The notes below the pieces were generated by a model. The model was given only the letters and a program-made list of their open reading frames with translations, was not told the DNA's origin and searched no databases. Shown in pieces: positions 25,912-39,589 of a DNA stretch of 64,000 bases; the stretch's first letter is position 1; each line of letters starts with the position of its first letter. The position numbers and the translations under genes were made by a program. Source of the DNA: Chlorokybus atmophyticus (taxonomy: Eukaryota > Plantae > Mesostigma and Chlorokybus algae); contig RHPI01002533.1 in NCBI GenBank assembly GCA_009103225.1, positions 1,679,186 through 1,743,185 on the forward strand, read 5' to 3'.

Positions 25912-27747
25912 TCACGCTGCGTCTTTACGAGTGAAGTGTGCAAGAAACTCTTGGTTCCCATCTGTTCCCTTTGTCGGTGATGGTAACCAGCCATGGTTGG
26001 TGAAACCTCGAGAAGTGATACCACCAACCACCCGCGAAATCACCTGGAGCCAAGTGGAATTGGGTTATGCAAGCCTCATTGGCACATCACCACTGTCTCT
26101 TTGATCAAAGAGACAGTGGTGGACTTCATACCTCATCGTGCACATGTGCATCTCGCACTATTCCGCCTTTGCCAACCTGCAATGTGATGGGGGTCACCAA
26201 ATGCTGCACGAGCAAAACCAGCAAGCATCAACCACGAGGACTTGTGTGTTAAGGTACCTGCTCTCGTCTTGCCTCAAACTGAGGTTTAATCAACACAACA
26301 AGGTCACCGCCCGGCTTCAAAACCGCCGCAACTGCATCCATAACCTGCAAAGTCATTAGCACATCAGCAAGCATGCTGCAACAAGCGTGGAAACATGATC
26401 TCTGCAGAACATACGTGAGTGAGGTGCTCACCAGCAGGACTGAGATGAAGGAGAGGTCCAAGGTCACCATGTCCACTGGCTCTGGCAGCTCCCGCAAATG
26501 CCGCAGGTTTGTCCGCTCCATCACCACAACCCTGCTGTCGTTGCGTATCTTGTCACACACCTGCCGTGTGATGATCAGAGTCGTACCCACAACCCGTCAT
26601 TGGCAGCAATATTGATATGCTTGACCCACACGGCCTGTTGCACACACCTGGCCATAGCCTACATCAACTCCGTATACATGAGCGGCACCGCGCTGCAGAA
26701 GGCAGTCAGTGAAGCCGCCTGTGGACAAGCCTGCATCCATGACTACCTGCACAAGCATTGTTAGCGATTGCTACACAGTGTGCATCAAGCAAACAGCTAT
26801 TTCTCAAACCTTGCTAGACACATCGATGCCAAAGTGATCGAGCGCGCTTTCAAGCTTGAAGCCTGCCCTGCGTCCACCAGTGAGTGGGGGAAGGGAGCAG
26901 TATGAGGGCATGTATTGTCAACATGTTATGCAAACAGACCTGCAAACAAACTTGGGCTCTTCGGCAAACACTTCCACAATCGCAGCGAATGAAGTTGGGG
27001 ATCCCGCCTTGGTTACTGGCACGCCATCCACCCGCACTTTGCCTGCATTGTATGGTAACTCTTCACGGTTAGTGCATGCTGTTGGGGCCTAGTAGCTTGC
27101 TCATACTCTGTAGCACAGTGTTGTACAGGACCAAATTAATGCATGTAAGGGCACACTTGCCTTGCAGTATCCAGGATTGAATGATTGTGCGGCTCCGGTT
27201 GGGGTGCAGCTCCAAGCACACTTCGTCCAAGCGCCGTTTTCTTGGCTTCTTTTGCCTGCATGACAGGGTTTGCTTTGAGTCTATAAGCTGCTTCCAGTCA
27301 ATGCACTGCTGTGTCAAAGCCCATTCAGCAAGCAGAAAACATGCGAAGCATGCGGCTGACGCTGCATTGTCGACTCGACGTATGAAAGGCAACTAGCTGG
27401 GGTTTACCGAAAAAAATAATAAAACCTTAGAATCGTCACAAGCAGCCTAAGCTAGCACACAACCAACGACCACTGTTCAGCGGCAGCATGTGGTGGCAAC
27501 TGTTGCTTCACACTTACGATTCCGATGGCGATGGCGGTGGCACAGTGGCTGCATCTGCTGCTTCCTGTGCCTCAGAAGAAGGCCTCTCAAGCGTGCATAC
27601 AATGCCAGTGCACGGAGAGAGCACTGCCCGTCTGGGGCGGCTCTGTGCTGTTCGCCGCCTGTTGCTCATCCAGCCGGACAGCCCGGAGGGTTCCGGCGCA
27701 GCAGCAGCTGTTTGAGCTTGCACCAGCAGCGCCGTCGCTGCTACCAT
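25912..27747 (-). CDS. tlyA: TlyA-family (hemolysin-A-like, S4 + FtsJ-type) rRNA 2'-O-methyltransferase with a putative organellar transit peptide
   Basis: [20 protein letters not shown]|GKVRVDG (S4 domain), [58 protein letters not shown]. Exon 1 (27747 to ~27518) is Ser/Arg/Ala-rich and splices in phase 2 to g CAA AAG AAG. Confidence 0.9.
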
Positions 27748-27875
27748 CCCCGCCGACGCCACCAATCACCACAACGACGGCAACTACACTAGCGACGCCG
27801 CTAGCATTAGCTTGAAAGCTATACGCAAACATCTGCACCGACACCGACAAGCTGGTTGATGTCGGCGACGGGGAC

Positions 27876-30800
27876 ATGGAGGCGGCGGTGGCGTCGCCGG
27901 CGGCGTCAGCGGGTCAGCTAGTGGAGCGCCTGAAGGCGCAGGTAAACGCCTTGCTGCACGCCCGTCTGGACCAGGAGCAGGACCAGGAGCAGGAGGAGGG
28001 CCATGAGGAGCAGAAGGGACATGCGTCCAGCAGGAGGCGGCCGCCTTCATCCGCTGAGGCGGCCGCCCAGCTGTGCCCGGCGGCGCTGGTGCTGTCGTCG
28101 TCGCCCACAAGGGCAGGATTGTCGCCAGAGAGCTACACTGGCCTGGTCGCGGGCCTCTGCGACGCCCTTGTGGCGTTGCTCAGCGCTGGTCTCCGGGGCG
28201 AGCAGAGGCGCATGATGGCCCTCCTGCTGGGTGTTGGTGTAGGTGTCGGCGGTGGCGCTGGACCCAGCCCGCAATCGCCCTGGCGTGTGCTTCAAGCGCT
28301 GTCCAAACAGTGGGCTGCCGTGCGCCCGTCGGTGGAGGCTGTGGAAGCAGCTGTCCCAGCTGCTGGCGCTGCTGGAGATCAACACAGGCAAGTGCGTGGT
28401 CTTTAAATCACACATATAGCCTGCTGTAAGTCTGCTTCTTACGTGTGTGACCAACGTTAGGAAAGCGCAGCTTGTAGTGTCGCAGCATGCAGCACACTTC
28501 CTGGGTTGTTTGTTTCGGTGTCAGTGGTCGCCAATTGATGCCAGCAGCACGCGCAGAGCGGTTACAAGCATTGTCGCACTGATATGACAGCCCACTTGCA
28601 TTTGCTCAGTTGCGCTGGAACAAAACCTAACGAGTACGGTTTTGCATGCAGAGCTTGCACGCATTGCACGCCTGGTCCTCTCAGAACGTGCCACATAGAT
28701 GCCAGTGCATGCACTTTTCCCTTGGGTGACTTTGCCCACCCATAGCGATCTGCAGAAAACTGTATTTGGTTGTAACCAAATACAGTTAGTACACGTCATA
28801 GTAGATGACATGTAGCGCTGAGTGTCCTTTCTGCAGGGTGTGGCTGTGGGTGCTAGTGGCACTTGCAAGGGGCGAGGCTGGTGCGCTGCTTGGAGGTCTG
28901 CTGGAACAGCGGTCAGTTCTCGCAGCGCACTACCTGCCAGAGGCGCTCGTGCACCGAGACGACCTATGCAGTGCAGTCAGAGCATTGTTATACTCTCTGG
29001 ATACAGCTGGACCTCTGCCAATACTGCGCTTGCTCGAGCCTCCTTCCACAGCCCTGCCTGCTGAAGCAAGCATGCCCCATGATGCGGCAGGCAGTTCAAC
29101 TAGTGCTGCAGTTGAAGCAGCACCACAAGTCAACCACACTGGCCAACAACTTGTTGACCGCAAGGACACGCAGGTAGAGGAACCAGATCTGGAGAGATTG
29201 GCTTCTTCCAGTCAGGCCTCTACTACTGAGCCCGCATCATCTCTAAAGAGTGCACCTGTCGATGAAGCAATACATGAAAATTTGCTGAGCAACCTCCATG
29301 CGGCTGTGAGGCCAGTGTTGTTGAGCGAGCAAGCTCGCACAACAGTGGAAGCAACGGCTGTACAGCAGTTGGTGCAGTGTCTTGAAGCAATAATTGCGCA
29401 TGGCATTGTGGACAACCCATCACGTTCCTGGACAGACTCAGCTAGGTCCCTGTTCAATGTCACTCCAGTGTGGGACTCGGGGCTTGAAGTGCTAACTTCA
29501 TCAGCAAAGAGCCTGTTTAAGTCGCGTCCAGATTTGCCGCGGTCTGAAGAGTCGCATGACTTGCATAGGTCTTCGTTGCCCCCAGAACTTGCATCCAGAG
29601 GAGAGCTCAATGGTCATGCTGATCACAAAACAGAGAGTGATAGTGTTGGCGGCCCTGCACAAGAGGTGGTCAATCCGCTGAGTCGTGTTGCAGCACAGCA
29701 TTTGCAGTCCGCAGCAGAGCAAGGGGGGGGGAAAGAGGGCAAGGGCCATCTGCATGCTGTCTCCGAGTTGCTTGCCAATAGGTTTCCATGGCCTGTCAGA
29801 CCATCGTCGGCTCCAGCTTCCGCAGCACCTGATCAGACTGGTGCAAATGTATTTGACTCAGCACTGAACGCTGGCTGGACAAATACTGCCAAACAGTTGT
29901 TTGCACGTTCGTCTCTGCGTTCTGATGCAGCAAGCTCCAACCCGTTGCAAAATCTGTCCAAGACACTGCCGCTCACAAGCACCAACCATCAGCCATTGGA
30001 GCCTGAGACAGACAGTCGCCTATCCCTCTTTTGGGGTGTCTGTGAGGCTGTCAGCAGGTGCACCGATGTGTTGCCTGGTTTTGGTGAAGTCAAAGCCATG
30101 TCAGAACTCAAGAGTGACAGCGCCAGAGCAAGGTGCTGGATATACTCAGGACTTAGTCATGGCAGCTTGCGGGAGTACATACGTGCAATTGTCCGCTGCG
30201 AAGAGGTAGACAGCATCTCAATGCACCATTGTTTGCTGGCACATGACCTGATGGTGAGTGTTGTGTAGGTGCTAAAGTTGGCTTATCAAGAAACTGCCAT
30301 CCTGCGCTCACATGAAGCTGCAGACAGGCTGCTGTGGACTCTACAGAGCCTTGATGGACTGCTGCTGACAGCTCCAGTGCCAGCAGACGATGAACCGTCA
30401 TCAAGCAGAACACAAGCAGAGGAGCCTCCTTCAGCGCTAGTAGAATATAGCTTACGGCTCAGTGACATGCTGCGGGGCAGTTGCAAAGGGCAGTGGCAAT
30501 CAGCAAACCTGCCACGTACGCCACCTAGATCAGCTGGTTTGTCAGCACCCGTTTCGCCGGTGGGCCCCAGCGCACAGGAGGCAGACACTTCTGGAAGCCG
30601 CAGTACCACCCCATCACGCACCAGGCCTCGCAAGAGCACGCGTGTCATCAGTGCAATTGGGGATGTGCAGGAGCGGCCACCAGACAGCCATCATCGCAGG
30701 ATGCCAAGTGGATCAAGCAGCTTGTTTGCAACACCCCCTTTGTCTCCCGTTCAAATGGCGACCTCACCTGTACTGCTGGTTGACGCACATCAACCACTTC

Positions 30801-33088
30801 TACCTGACACTGAAGCGAAGCCACTTACAGATGTGCTGGTGGACGCTCAACAGCCATCGCTACCTGACGTCGAAGTGAACCCACTCACAGATGTGCAAGT
30901 TTCAACAGCACAACATGATGGCTGTTCAGTTATGGTTGGAAAGCAGGGCGCTTTTGGTTCACCAGTTGATACGCAAACACAAGAGGTCTGGACTCGCATT
31001 GCAGACACTGCTGGAGCTGAATTGCCAATGCAGCATGCTTCCAACTTTGGCAACCTGCAATCAGGGTCACATGACAGCGTGACTGACGAAATGACCAGCA
31101 CAGTAAGAACTGCGACAGACGACAGAGCTGCGTCCCCACAGCAGGTTGATTCCGGAATGGGTGATGAGCAGGCAGTGCCACTTGTAGTCGCGGGGATGCA
31201 TGCGCACAACATCAACGACCTCAGCGCGTCAGGCAATGTAGATGTTGCTATGAATGCATGGCAGTCCTGGACATTGGAGTCTAATTACGAGCCACACAGC
31301 AATCAGCAGTGGGATGGGTCGTTGGAAGTGTCACCTGCCATGAGTAAAAGCAGCATGTGGGGCTCGGACGTGAGTGATGCAGAGGGCAGTGGAGCAAGCA
31401 CGGCTACCGACAGCTTATTGGGGCGTTCAGCAAGCAGACAGTCCTCGCTCGGACCTGACGAGATCTCTAGGCATCTTGAGAATGTACAGCTGCAGGAGTC
31501 GTATGTCCATGCAGACACGCTGCTCGACATGGAGGACGTGCTGCTTGATATGGCGGTGAGCGGCTCAGGCCGGCAAGCTGCGCGAGGCCCCGCTGGTCCT
31601 GTACGCTGGGTGGATGTGGTGGGTGCTGAAGTGGTCACACCGCAACCGGGCGCACGGCTTCTTATGATGGGCAAGGAGTACACAGTGTACAAAGTGAGTG
31701 ACAGGGACTTGGTTGGATCGTGGTTACGGGGGGTTCTGTCGTTATACAGGCCTGAGTTTAAGGTTGCTGTGCATGCAGATTGAAGTGCGTGATACGCAAG
31801 GACATGTTTGGACGGTGCGCCGACGGTATCGTGACTTTCACACCTTGCGAAAGCGCTTGGAGGACGCTCATCCCGGTTCAGCCTTGCCGCTGCCTTGGCC
31901 TCAAGTGGAGTCGCTGCGCTCTTTGGCACAACCTAAGTTTTCACCTGAGGTGAGTTTACATGACTTGCTTCAAGCGGATGCCATGGTCTGGCTTGACAGT
32001 GTGTTTGTTTGTACCAGGTTGTGGAATCGAGGCGAGCACTGCTGCAACGCTGCTTGCGTGTGCTGTTGCTCAACCCTGCATGGGCATCATCCCCACCTTT
32101 GGTATCGTTCCTTGCAGTTCCCAAGCGTGCGCAGCGTGCAGTCTTGAACCAACATCCGCCTGACCCCGCCGTCTTTGACGCTGCAAGAGGAGCAGGCGAA
32201 ACCACTGTCTCTGGTAGTGGTGCCATGTTTGATGGGCAAGGGCCTGCACCAGGCTTGGGACTGAAGATTCGTTTGCTCGTGTATGCTCCACCTCAGCGAC
32301 CAATGGACGAGCAATTGACAGCGCAACAAGGGTTGTGTCCGGGCTGCGGAGAGCACCTAGTTCGAGACAAGGGGCGGGGTTGGCTTGGCCTTCGCAAGGA
32401 GGGCCCGCGGCTATGCGAGTATACAGCGATGTACTTCTGCACGCGGTGCCACAGCAACGACACATCTGTTCTCCCGGCACGCGTGTTGCAGTCGTGGGAC
32501 TTTAGGCCGGGTCGGGTGTCACAGCTGGCGAAGGCATACCTGGAGTCAATATCAAGTCAGCCCATGCTGTGCGTGAGCGCCGTCAATCCCGCATTGTATT
32601 CGCGGGTGCCGTTGCTGGCGCAGCTGCGTGAGCTGCGACAAAGGGCCTCGAAGATGGCCCCGCTGTTGGCGGCGTGTCCACACTCTGCCCGCCTGCTGGC
32701 CCCGTTCGGTCCACGAACCTACCTTCTGGAGCAGTCCGAGTTCTACGCCATGCGGGACCTTGTGGACCTTTCGCAGGGCGCATTTTCCACGCTGCCGATG
32801 TGGTTCCAGTCCATGTTGGGGCGGCTCGCGGGCCACATCACCGCGCACTGTTCGGCATGCAGCGCTCTCGGGGCTCAATGCGCGGCTGCGGCATGCCATG
32901 ACGCGCGCTCCATGTTGTTCTCATTTCAGGCGGATACCATCCAGTGCTCGCAGTGCTCGAGGCTGTTTCACCTTCAGTGCTATGTTCGTGAGGGTTGCAG
33001 GCACTGTGGTGTTCGGAAGGGGAGAACCAGTGCACAAGTGTCAGCGCAGTCTGGTAGCGACAGTGGCATTGAGCTCGACAGTCATTAG
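27876..33088 (+). CDS. Large endolysosomal adaptor-like protein: RUN + RUN + PX + Rubicon-homology (DUF4206/zf-RING_9) domain
   Basis: RUN1: LVERLKAQV..LCDALVALLSAGL..PWRVL..RVWLWVLVAL. RUN2: LLSNLHAAV..LVQCLEAIIAHGI..FWGVC..RARCWIYSGL..YQETAIL. PX: EYTVYK|IEV..WTVRRRYRDFHTLRKRL..P.P..RRALLQRCL. RH domain: Q.GLCPGCG..RLCEYTAMYFCTRCH..LPARVLQSWDF..HITAHCSACS..C..CSRLFHLQC. Confidence 0.88.
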
Positions 33089-33217
33089 ACAAGTTGGTAT
33101 CTGAATTTCGGACGCATAGCCAGAGCATTAGATTGTGTGATTGTGTAATTTATAGCAGTTGCGGCACACAATAGCATATGTGCCATTTATTTGCCCCCCC
33201 CCCCCCCCCCCCCCCCC

Positions 33218-33380
33218 NNNNNNNNNNNNNNNNNNNNNNNNNNNNNNNNNNNNNNNNNNNNNNNNNNNNNNNNNNNNNNNNNNNNNNNNNNNNNNNNNNN
33301 NNNNNNNNNNNNNNNNNNNNNNNNNNNNNNNNNNNNNNNNNNNNNNNNNNNNNNNNNNNNNNNNNNNNNNNNNNNNNNNN
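33218..33380. other. Assembly gap (163 N) flanked by poly-C
   Basis: N run between two convergent genes. Confidence 0.99.
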
Positions 33381-34145
33381 CCCCTGCCCCCAAGTTAACA
33401 TTGTAAACAATGTACAGGAGTCCCCAACGCTAACATGGAAGTGTTTAAGGACTTGCATCACTGTAGCGTGCATTGTGCGCGCACATTTTACCCTTTGCAG
33501 TTTTGTACCCAGGCAGCAGCTTCACCAAAGGCTTGCTCACCTATTGGTTAATGCCTCCACGGCAAGAGATGTGTCTTGAACTAGATGGTGATCGTGCTGA
33601 ACCATGGCAAGCATGGCGACTGGCTAGCCAGCAGGTAGATGCATCGTACAGTGTGTATATATGCTCGTGCTTTGAGTCAGGTTATCATGCGTGTGCATAG
33701 AGAATGCACATGTATTTGCACATTGCTTTTAAGTTGACACTATTGTCAGCGCTGATCTGACTGGCGGATTCTTCCACAGCATGAAAACACACGAGCCAGC
33801 ATGCCCCCAGATCATAACAGGCATGTGCCAAAAAGTAAAATCGATGCACGACATGCACACAGTCACAACACTGTTTCCATAACGACCACACACAGAGAGT
33901 CGCATAGAGATCAGGAGGTAGGTCAAAACAACTTGACACACGACACATTGATGAAACAAACCTTTCTCGCAAGCGTGTATCAGCAATGCTCAGTTTGATT
34001 TCAGCCACCAACTGAGCATTTGCAACCTTGCTATCTACCAAACTCCAACACCCCTCCCCCTCTGCGCAGAGTGCTCACTGCATAGCACTAGTTGTTGTGT
34101 GCATGCCACGAATGTTGCATCCCATCACGAACAGCATGCCGTCTG

Positions 34146-37100
34146 CTAATACCCGTCTGTGGCGACCAGTTTGGCGATGACGTCCAGCACGCCCTTCCCG
34201 CTGGTGTCCGCTGCAGGATTTGCGACCTTGTCGAGGAGTATCTGGTCAACTTTGGCCCGCAAGGCACGCACGAGGGCGCCAATACGCGCGGGGGCCTCAA
34301 AGCGCACCCAACCGTTGTCGACGGCAACGATGGAGCTTTCGTGTTGCACGGATACCGAGCTCCCGGTGAACAGCAGCAGCGAGTAGGCGGGGACCATGCT
34401 GCACTCTCGCACATATACCTTGTCACCTGTGGCAAAAGAAATGGCCTTGTGCCATGAGCATTCTTCTTTGATTGCCATACCAAACCGTAACTGACCTTAC
34501 CTGTCCTCCGCATACTACAACACACTTAACCACTGCAGTCTATGCCATACCAAGCAACAATTTTTCTTACCACATATATATATACCATACTGCACCAAAC
34601 ATTGCCACAGTACCGTTCAACATGCATGACATACTCAAACACAAATGCTCCAACATGAAACTGACTACACCACACTACGCCATCCCACAACAAACACATG
34701 CCTCATCACAACCTGTATAGTACCTGCTTGGGCCTTGACTTTTTCCGAATAGACTAGCCAGGCGCTTTCAAAGGTGCCAATATTGAAGATGACGCTGGAG
34801 GGGTGTATGAAGACACGGCCATCATCACGCGTGTAGAACTTGACCTCCTTGGCCTTGGCCTCCTTGGCAACGTTGCCGCCCTCCGTGGCCTTGTACGTGG
34901 TCTCGGGGGCCTGCACGCGGACCACGTTGGGGTAGAGCCCCGCGCAGAGCACCGCCTTGACCACCCTCGGGTACTTTGCGTTCTCGGAGAAGTACCCGCC
35001 TTCCGTGGTTGTGTCAAAGAGGCGGGAGCGATACCCCGCCGGGACGAAGCCCAGGTCGACGAGGGTGTCGGCGTAGTCGGCGCATGTGAGCTCCATCTGC
35101 TTGAGGGTTTGCATGGAGAGAAAATTGCGGGAGCAGTAATCGCTCTCGGCACGGTACCCGCCGGACTCGCGCGCACGCAACCAGCCGGAGAATGCCGCCC
35201 ACACAGCCAGATGGTCACTCTTGTTGCTCGTGCCTGCCAACGCCCTCTTGGCCGCATCCGCCTACAGGCAAACAACAAAAATAACAACCTCACCACCTTC
35301 ATTGCCCATGTCTTTGTGCATGTGCATCTGTGTGTGCATGTGCTTGTGCATGTGCATGTGCATATGCGCGTACGCACACATGTGCGTGTACATGGGTGCG
35401 TATGTGGGTTTGTGCGTGTGTGCACCAGCATGAGTCAAGAATAATTTGACTCACCTCTGAGCGTTTGTCAAAGGGTGCAACAAAGGGCGATCGATCGCTC
35501 ATAGCCGCAGCTACAACCATGACGGGTTCAAGGCATCTAAGGAGGGCGGCGAGGACCAGCATCTTGCCAAGGCGTGCATCCACCGGCATGCGCACGAGAT
35601 GGCGTCCCAACACGGTGAGATTCTCCCTTTCATCAAAAGCGCCCAAACCCTTCAGGCTCTCTATTGCTGCGCGCACAGCCTCGGGGTCCGGAGGTGTGGG
35701 CATGCGGGCGGCCACAACTTGCAACGAGTTGGTGGAGGAACTGAGTGCGAGGGTCGACTTGATCTGCATGCACAAGCGCTCGAGCGGGACACGCGTGACC
35801 TCCGGTGAGGTGTGTGATATGAATCCAGCGAATGTTCGTCGAGAGCAGAGACGAAAGCAGCATCCTGGTTGCACTCTCCCAGCACGACCCCTGCACAGTG
35901 GTCAAGAGTTCAGCGAGCTTGAGTGGTTACATACATATGTGTGCGTGGTTACGTGCGTGCAAGTGTGCACGTGGGTGATTGCGCGCAAGTGTGTGTCATG
36001 TATGCCCTGATATGAGTCAATACCTGCGCTGGTTGGCACTAGCCTTTGAGACCCAATCTTCAACTAGGGCTGAGAGTCCGCGCGTGGCATCATGCCGCAG
36101 CTCCTTTGCCCGGCACGTGTCCACCACATACACCACATCATCAATCGTTACACTCGTTTCCGCTACATTTGTCGCCAACACCACCTTCCGAACGCCAGGC
36201 GGCGGGCGTTCAAACACGCGGCGCTGCTCGTTGGCAGCGAGCGAGCCATGAAGAGGCAGCACACGAAGACTATCGGCGACATCATTCCTACCAATACGTG
36301 AAGACAGCGCCTGCTGCGCCAAACGAATCTCCAACATGCCCGGCAAGAACACAAGGATGGCGCCTGGAGAATGATCTGATCTACGTGTTGTACTTGAGTC
36401 AGAAGTAAGTGGTTCGAGCTCGCGAGATGAACCTCTCTCCTCATTGATGATGTGCTCCACCACGACGGCGATGAGCTCGTAATTGATCATCGCTTCATTT
36501 GTCAACTCAACACTCTTCACCACATCCTCCGGGTACAGATTAGCTGCAGCCTCATCCTCGTCTTCATCCCATGCATCCGGTAGCCTCACTTTGTTGTTCT
36601 CGCCGTTGTTGTTGTTGGCGTCATCCGTGGCGTCTATCCGCTCTTTCCTGCGTGCATATCTGGACCCGCGCCCGATGCGGTAGCCAGTGCGTGCATGGGC
36701 GTCCTCGAGGTAAAACTCCTTCACGGGGTGGGTGAAGCCGGGGATGGACACAACACGCACAGGGCCAAAGTTGGCATAATAGTCCACATACAACGTTGGG
36801 TCCGCCGTGGCCGACATGAGTATGAGCTTTAGGTGGGAAGCGTGCGACATGAGTTCTCTTAGAAGCAATAGCAGCATGTCCGCTTCGAGGCTGCGCTCGT
36901 GAACCTCATCCACGATGACGTGGGACACGCCATCTAGCCCGCCCTCGCGCGCGCCCATCCGGCGCAGGAGCACTCCCGCCGTGCAGAAAAGAAGGCGTGT
37001 ACGTGGGCCACGCCGTGACTCCAAACGCACGGAGTACCCAACTGCACCCTCACCCGCTACGCTACCGCGCTCGGACGCCACTCTATCCGCCACCGATACC

Positions 37101-39558
37101 GCACTTATCCTCCGAGGCTGGCAACAACATATAATGATTGAGTTGGTTAAAACACAACTTTGATTCCCCACGCAAGCCAACATATAACTGGACAACAGAT
37201 GAGTTAACCTGTGTGCAGATGATGTTGCAAAGTGAGCCATTGCCGACAGCTTCGGCATCCTCCAAGATGTACTGTCCAACCTGGTAGCACACGCGTGAGT
37301 CAAGTGCACACTCATTGACTTACGTACACATGTCAAAGAACGCATGTATAAGCACACGTACTTGAGTGGTTTTGCCGCAGCCGGTCCCACCGCACACGAC
37401 AACAACTCTACTGGCCGAGCATGCCCGCAGCAGCTCTGCTTTTGAGCGCGCTGCCGGGAGCGCCGCGCGCGTGGCCCGCATGCCCGCCAACTTTGGCTGC
37501 ATTCATGCACACGCACGCAATAAGCCAATGTGCCTCACAAGATGCAACATATCAGCAAATTGAATTTCCTTACATCGTTGCCACGCCTGCGGTGGTCCTC
37601 CTGCATGCGCGCGTCCTCAGCGGGATTGCGCACAGGTGGTGCGGGAGGGGGGATATCAGCGTCTGTGACAGGGATATCGGCATTTGATGTGGATGCCGCT
37701 GATGCTTTATTAGCAGCCGCAACGTTCCATCTGGCCTGTTTGATCACACAGACATGAGGTCAGTTACCGCACGCTCTCATGTACGACGCGCACACGAACA
37801 ACAAGCAAACCCAACCGCACAACCCAAACTTACCCTTCTGCTGTGGCTTCCTCTTGTGTTAGCTCCCCGCTCCCCGATGAATACGCGCCACGCCTCCTCG
37901 AGGGCCTCGACCGCCGCGCCGGTGATGTCGTGCACCATCGGAGACCCATCAGTAACTATGATGTTCCTCTTCCGAACCAATGCGCCCGTTGCACTGCGCA
38001 GAACCGCCCGAGCCAGCTCGCTGCATACGAATGCAGTTAAGTTTGTTGATGCATATGTGTTGCGTATGACCGCAGCAAGTAGAAGCAGGGGCTTGCCTGT
38101 TGCGCAGGGCAATGACGGGAGGCTCGTGCGGGTATCGGGAGCGCTGAGGCAGGACTACCTGTAGCCAAGTGGTGCCGGAAAGGCCTTCCACTCGCAACTG
38201 TATTGCACAAGCATGTCGCGTGCGTGCGTGTTTACGTGCACACATGCTCGTGCGCATGCATGCCTTCATATGCGCGCATTTGTTTGCACACTACCACATC
38301 ATTTACCTTGACTTGCAATGCTGTTGGTGAAGTTCGCTCGAAGTCCTCATCGCCATAGATTGCACGCAGCACCTCCATTTCCTCCTCCCACACGCGCCGG
38401 CTCTCATCCTCTTCCTCCTGTTGCGTTGCCTTCCCATTCTCATGAGCAAGAGACGCTCCATTGCTGAGCCCGCTTCGCACCAGAAGGTCTGCACTGCGCA
38501 CAAATGAGAGAGAGCACATGTGAAGTGGGGTTGCTTGTTTACGTGTGATGGCTGTGGGGCTTACCAGAATGTAGCTGGCAAAGCGCAGCCTCAAAGTCGC
38601 CTGCACGCTCCAACGAGAGCCGCACCTCCGCAGGAGCGTACCCGCACTCGCTGAGCCTACGAGTAGATGCAAGAGGTTTATGTTGTGTAAGTTGGTGTAA
38701 GCCAATGCCAACGGAGGAAAAGCACAGATGCACACAGAGTCCTTACCTGGTGGCTGCCTCGCGCATGCTAGCTGCGTCGGCCCCTTTGCCCACTCTCAGC
38801 ACCTATGCACCGACACATATTATTGCATGTAGTAGTTGGTTATGCAGCAAGTGGTGGCTATGCACCCCTACCTGCACCATGCGAGCGGAGGCTTCGGGAC
38901 GGAAGCGAGCAGGGAGGCGGCTTTCCGCCACGCGAAGCATGAGCCAATCCAGCGCCTGTATAGTTATTTGGAAAGATGTACCTTTCACTTTCCGCAACAA
39001 CTATGTGCAATATGTTACACACGCACGCAGACACACCTCACTGGTATCTCCACACTGCGCAGCAGCGCGCCTTGCATCATCTTCGTCAAAGCCTAGGGCG
39101 CGAAGGCTGGCGGCCAGGGCATCTGTATCGACAACATTAGCACCATCATTCGGCCTCTCATCATCATTATCACCGTCATGTGCATCGTCAGTGTTCCCAT
39201 CATCCGCAATGACGGCCTCCACGACGCGACGCTGCTCTTCGCTCATAAACACGGATTGCAATCGCCGCTGTGGCAATCAAACACACAACGACATAAGAAC
39301 ACAACATAAGCATCAAGTGTTTGAACCTCTTACCTCTTTCTTCACGAGGGCCTCGCGCCGTCTCAACTCTGCAGCCTCGCGCTCAGCCCTTGCCTTAGCG
39401 TGCTTGACCTTCTCAACTGCTTCCACATCCTTTAACGCAGAGACATTGATGTTAGTCAGCAGGTTGTTTTGGCTTATGTTGCTTGTGTTATTACTGTTAT
39501 TGTGTGATGCTTTTTGTTGCTGCTGTTGCTGCTGGTTCTCCGCTGTTGCTGCGCTTGA

Positions 39559-39589
<31 letters not shown>

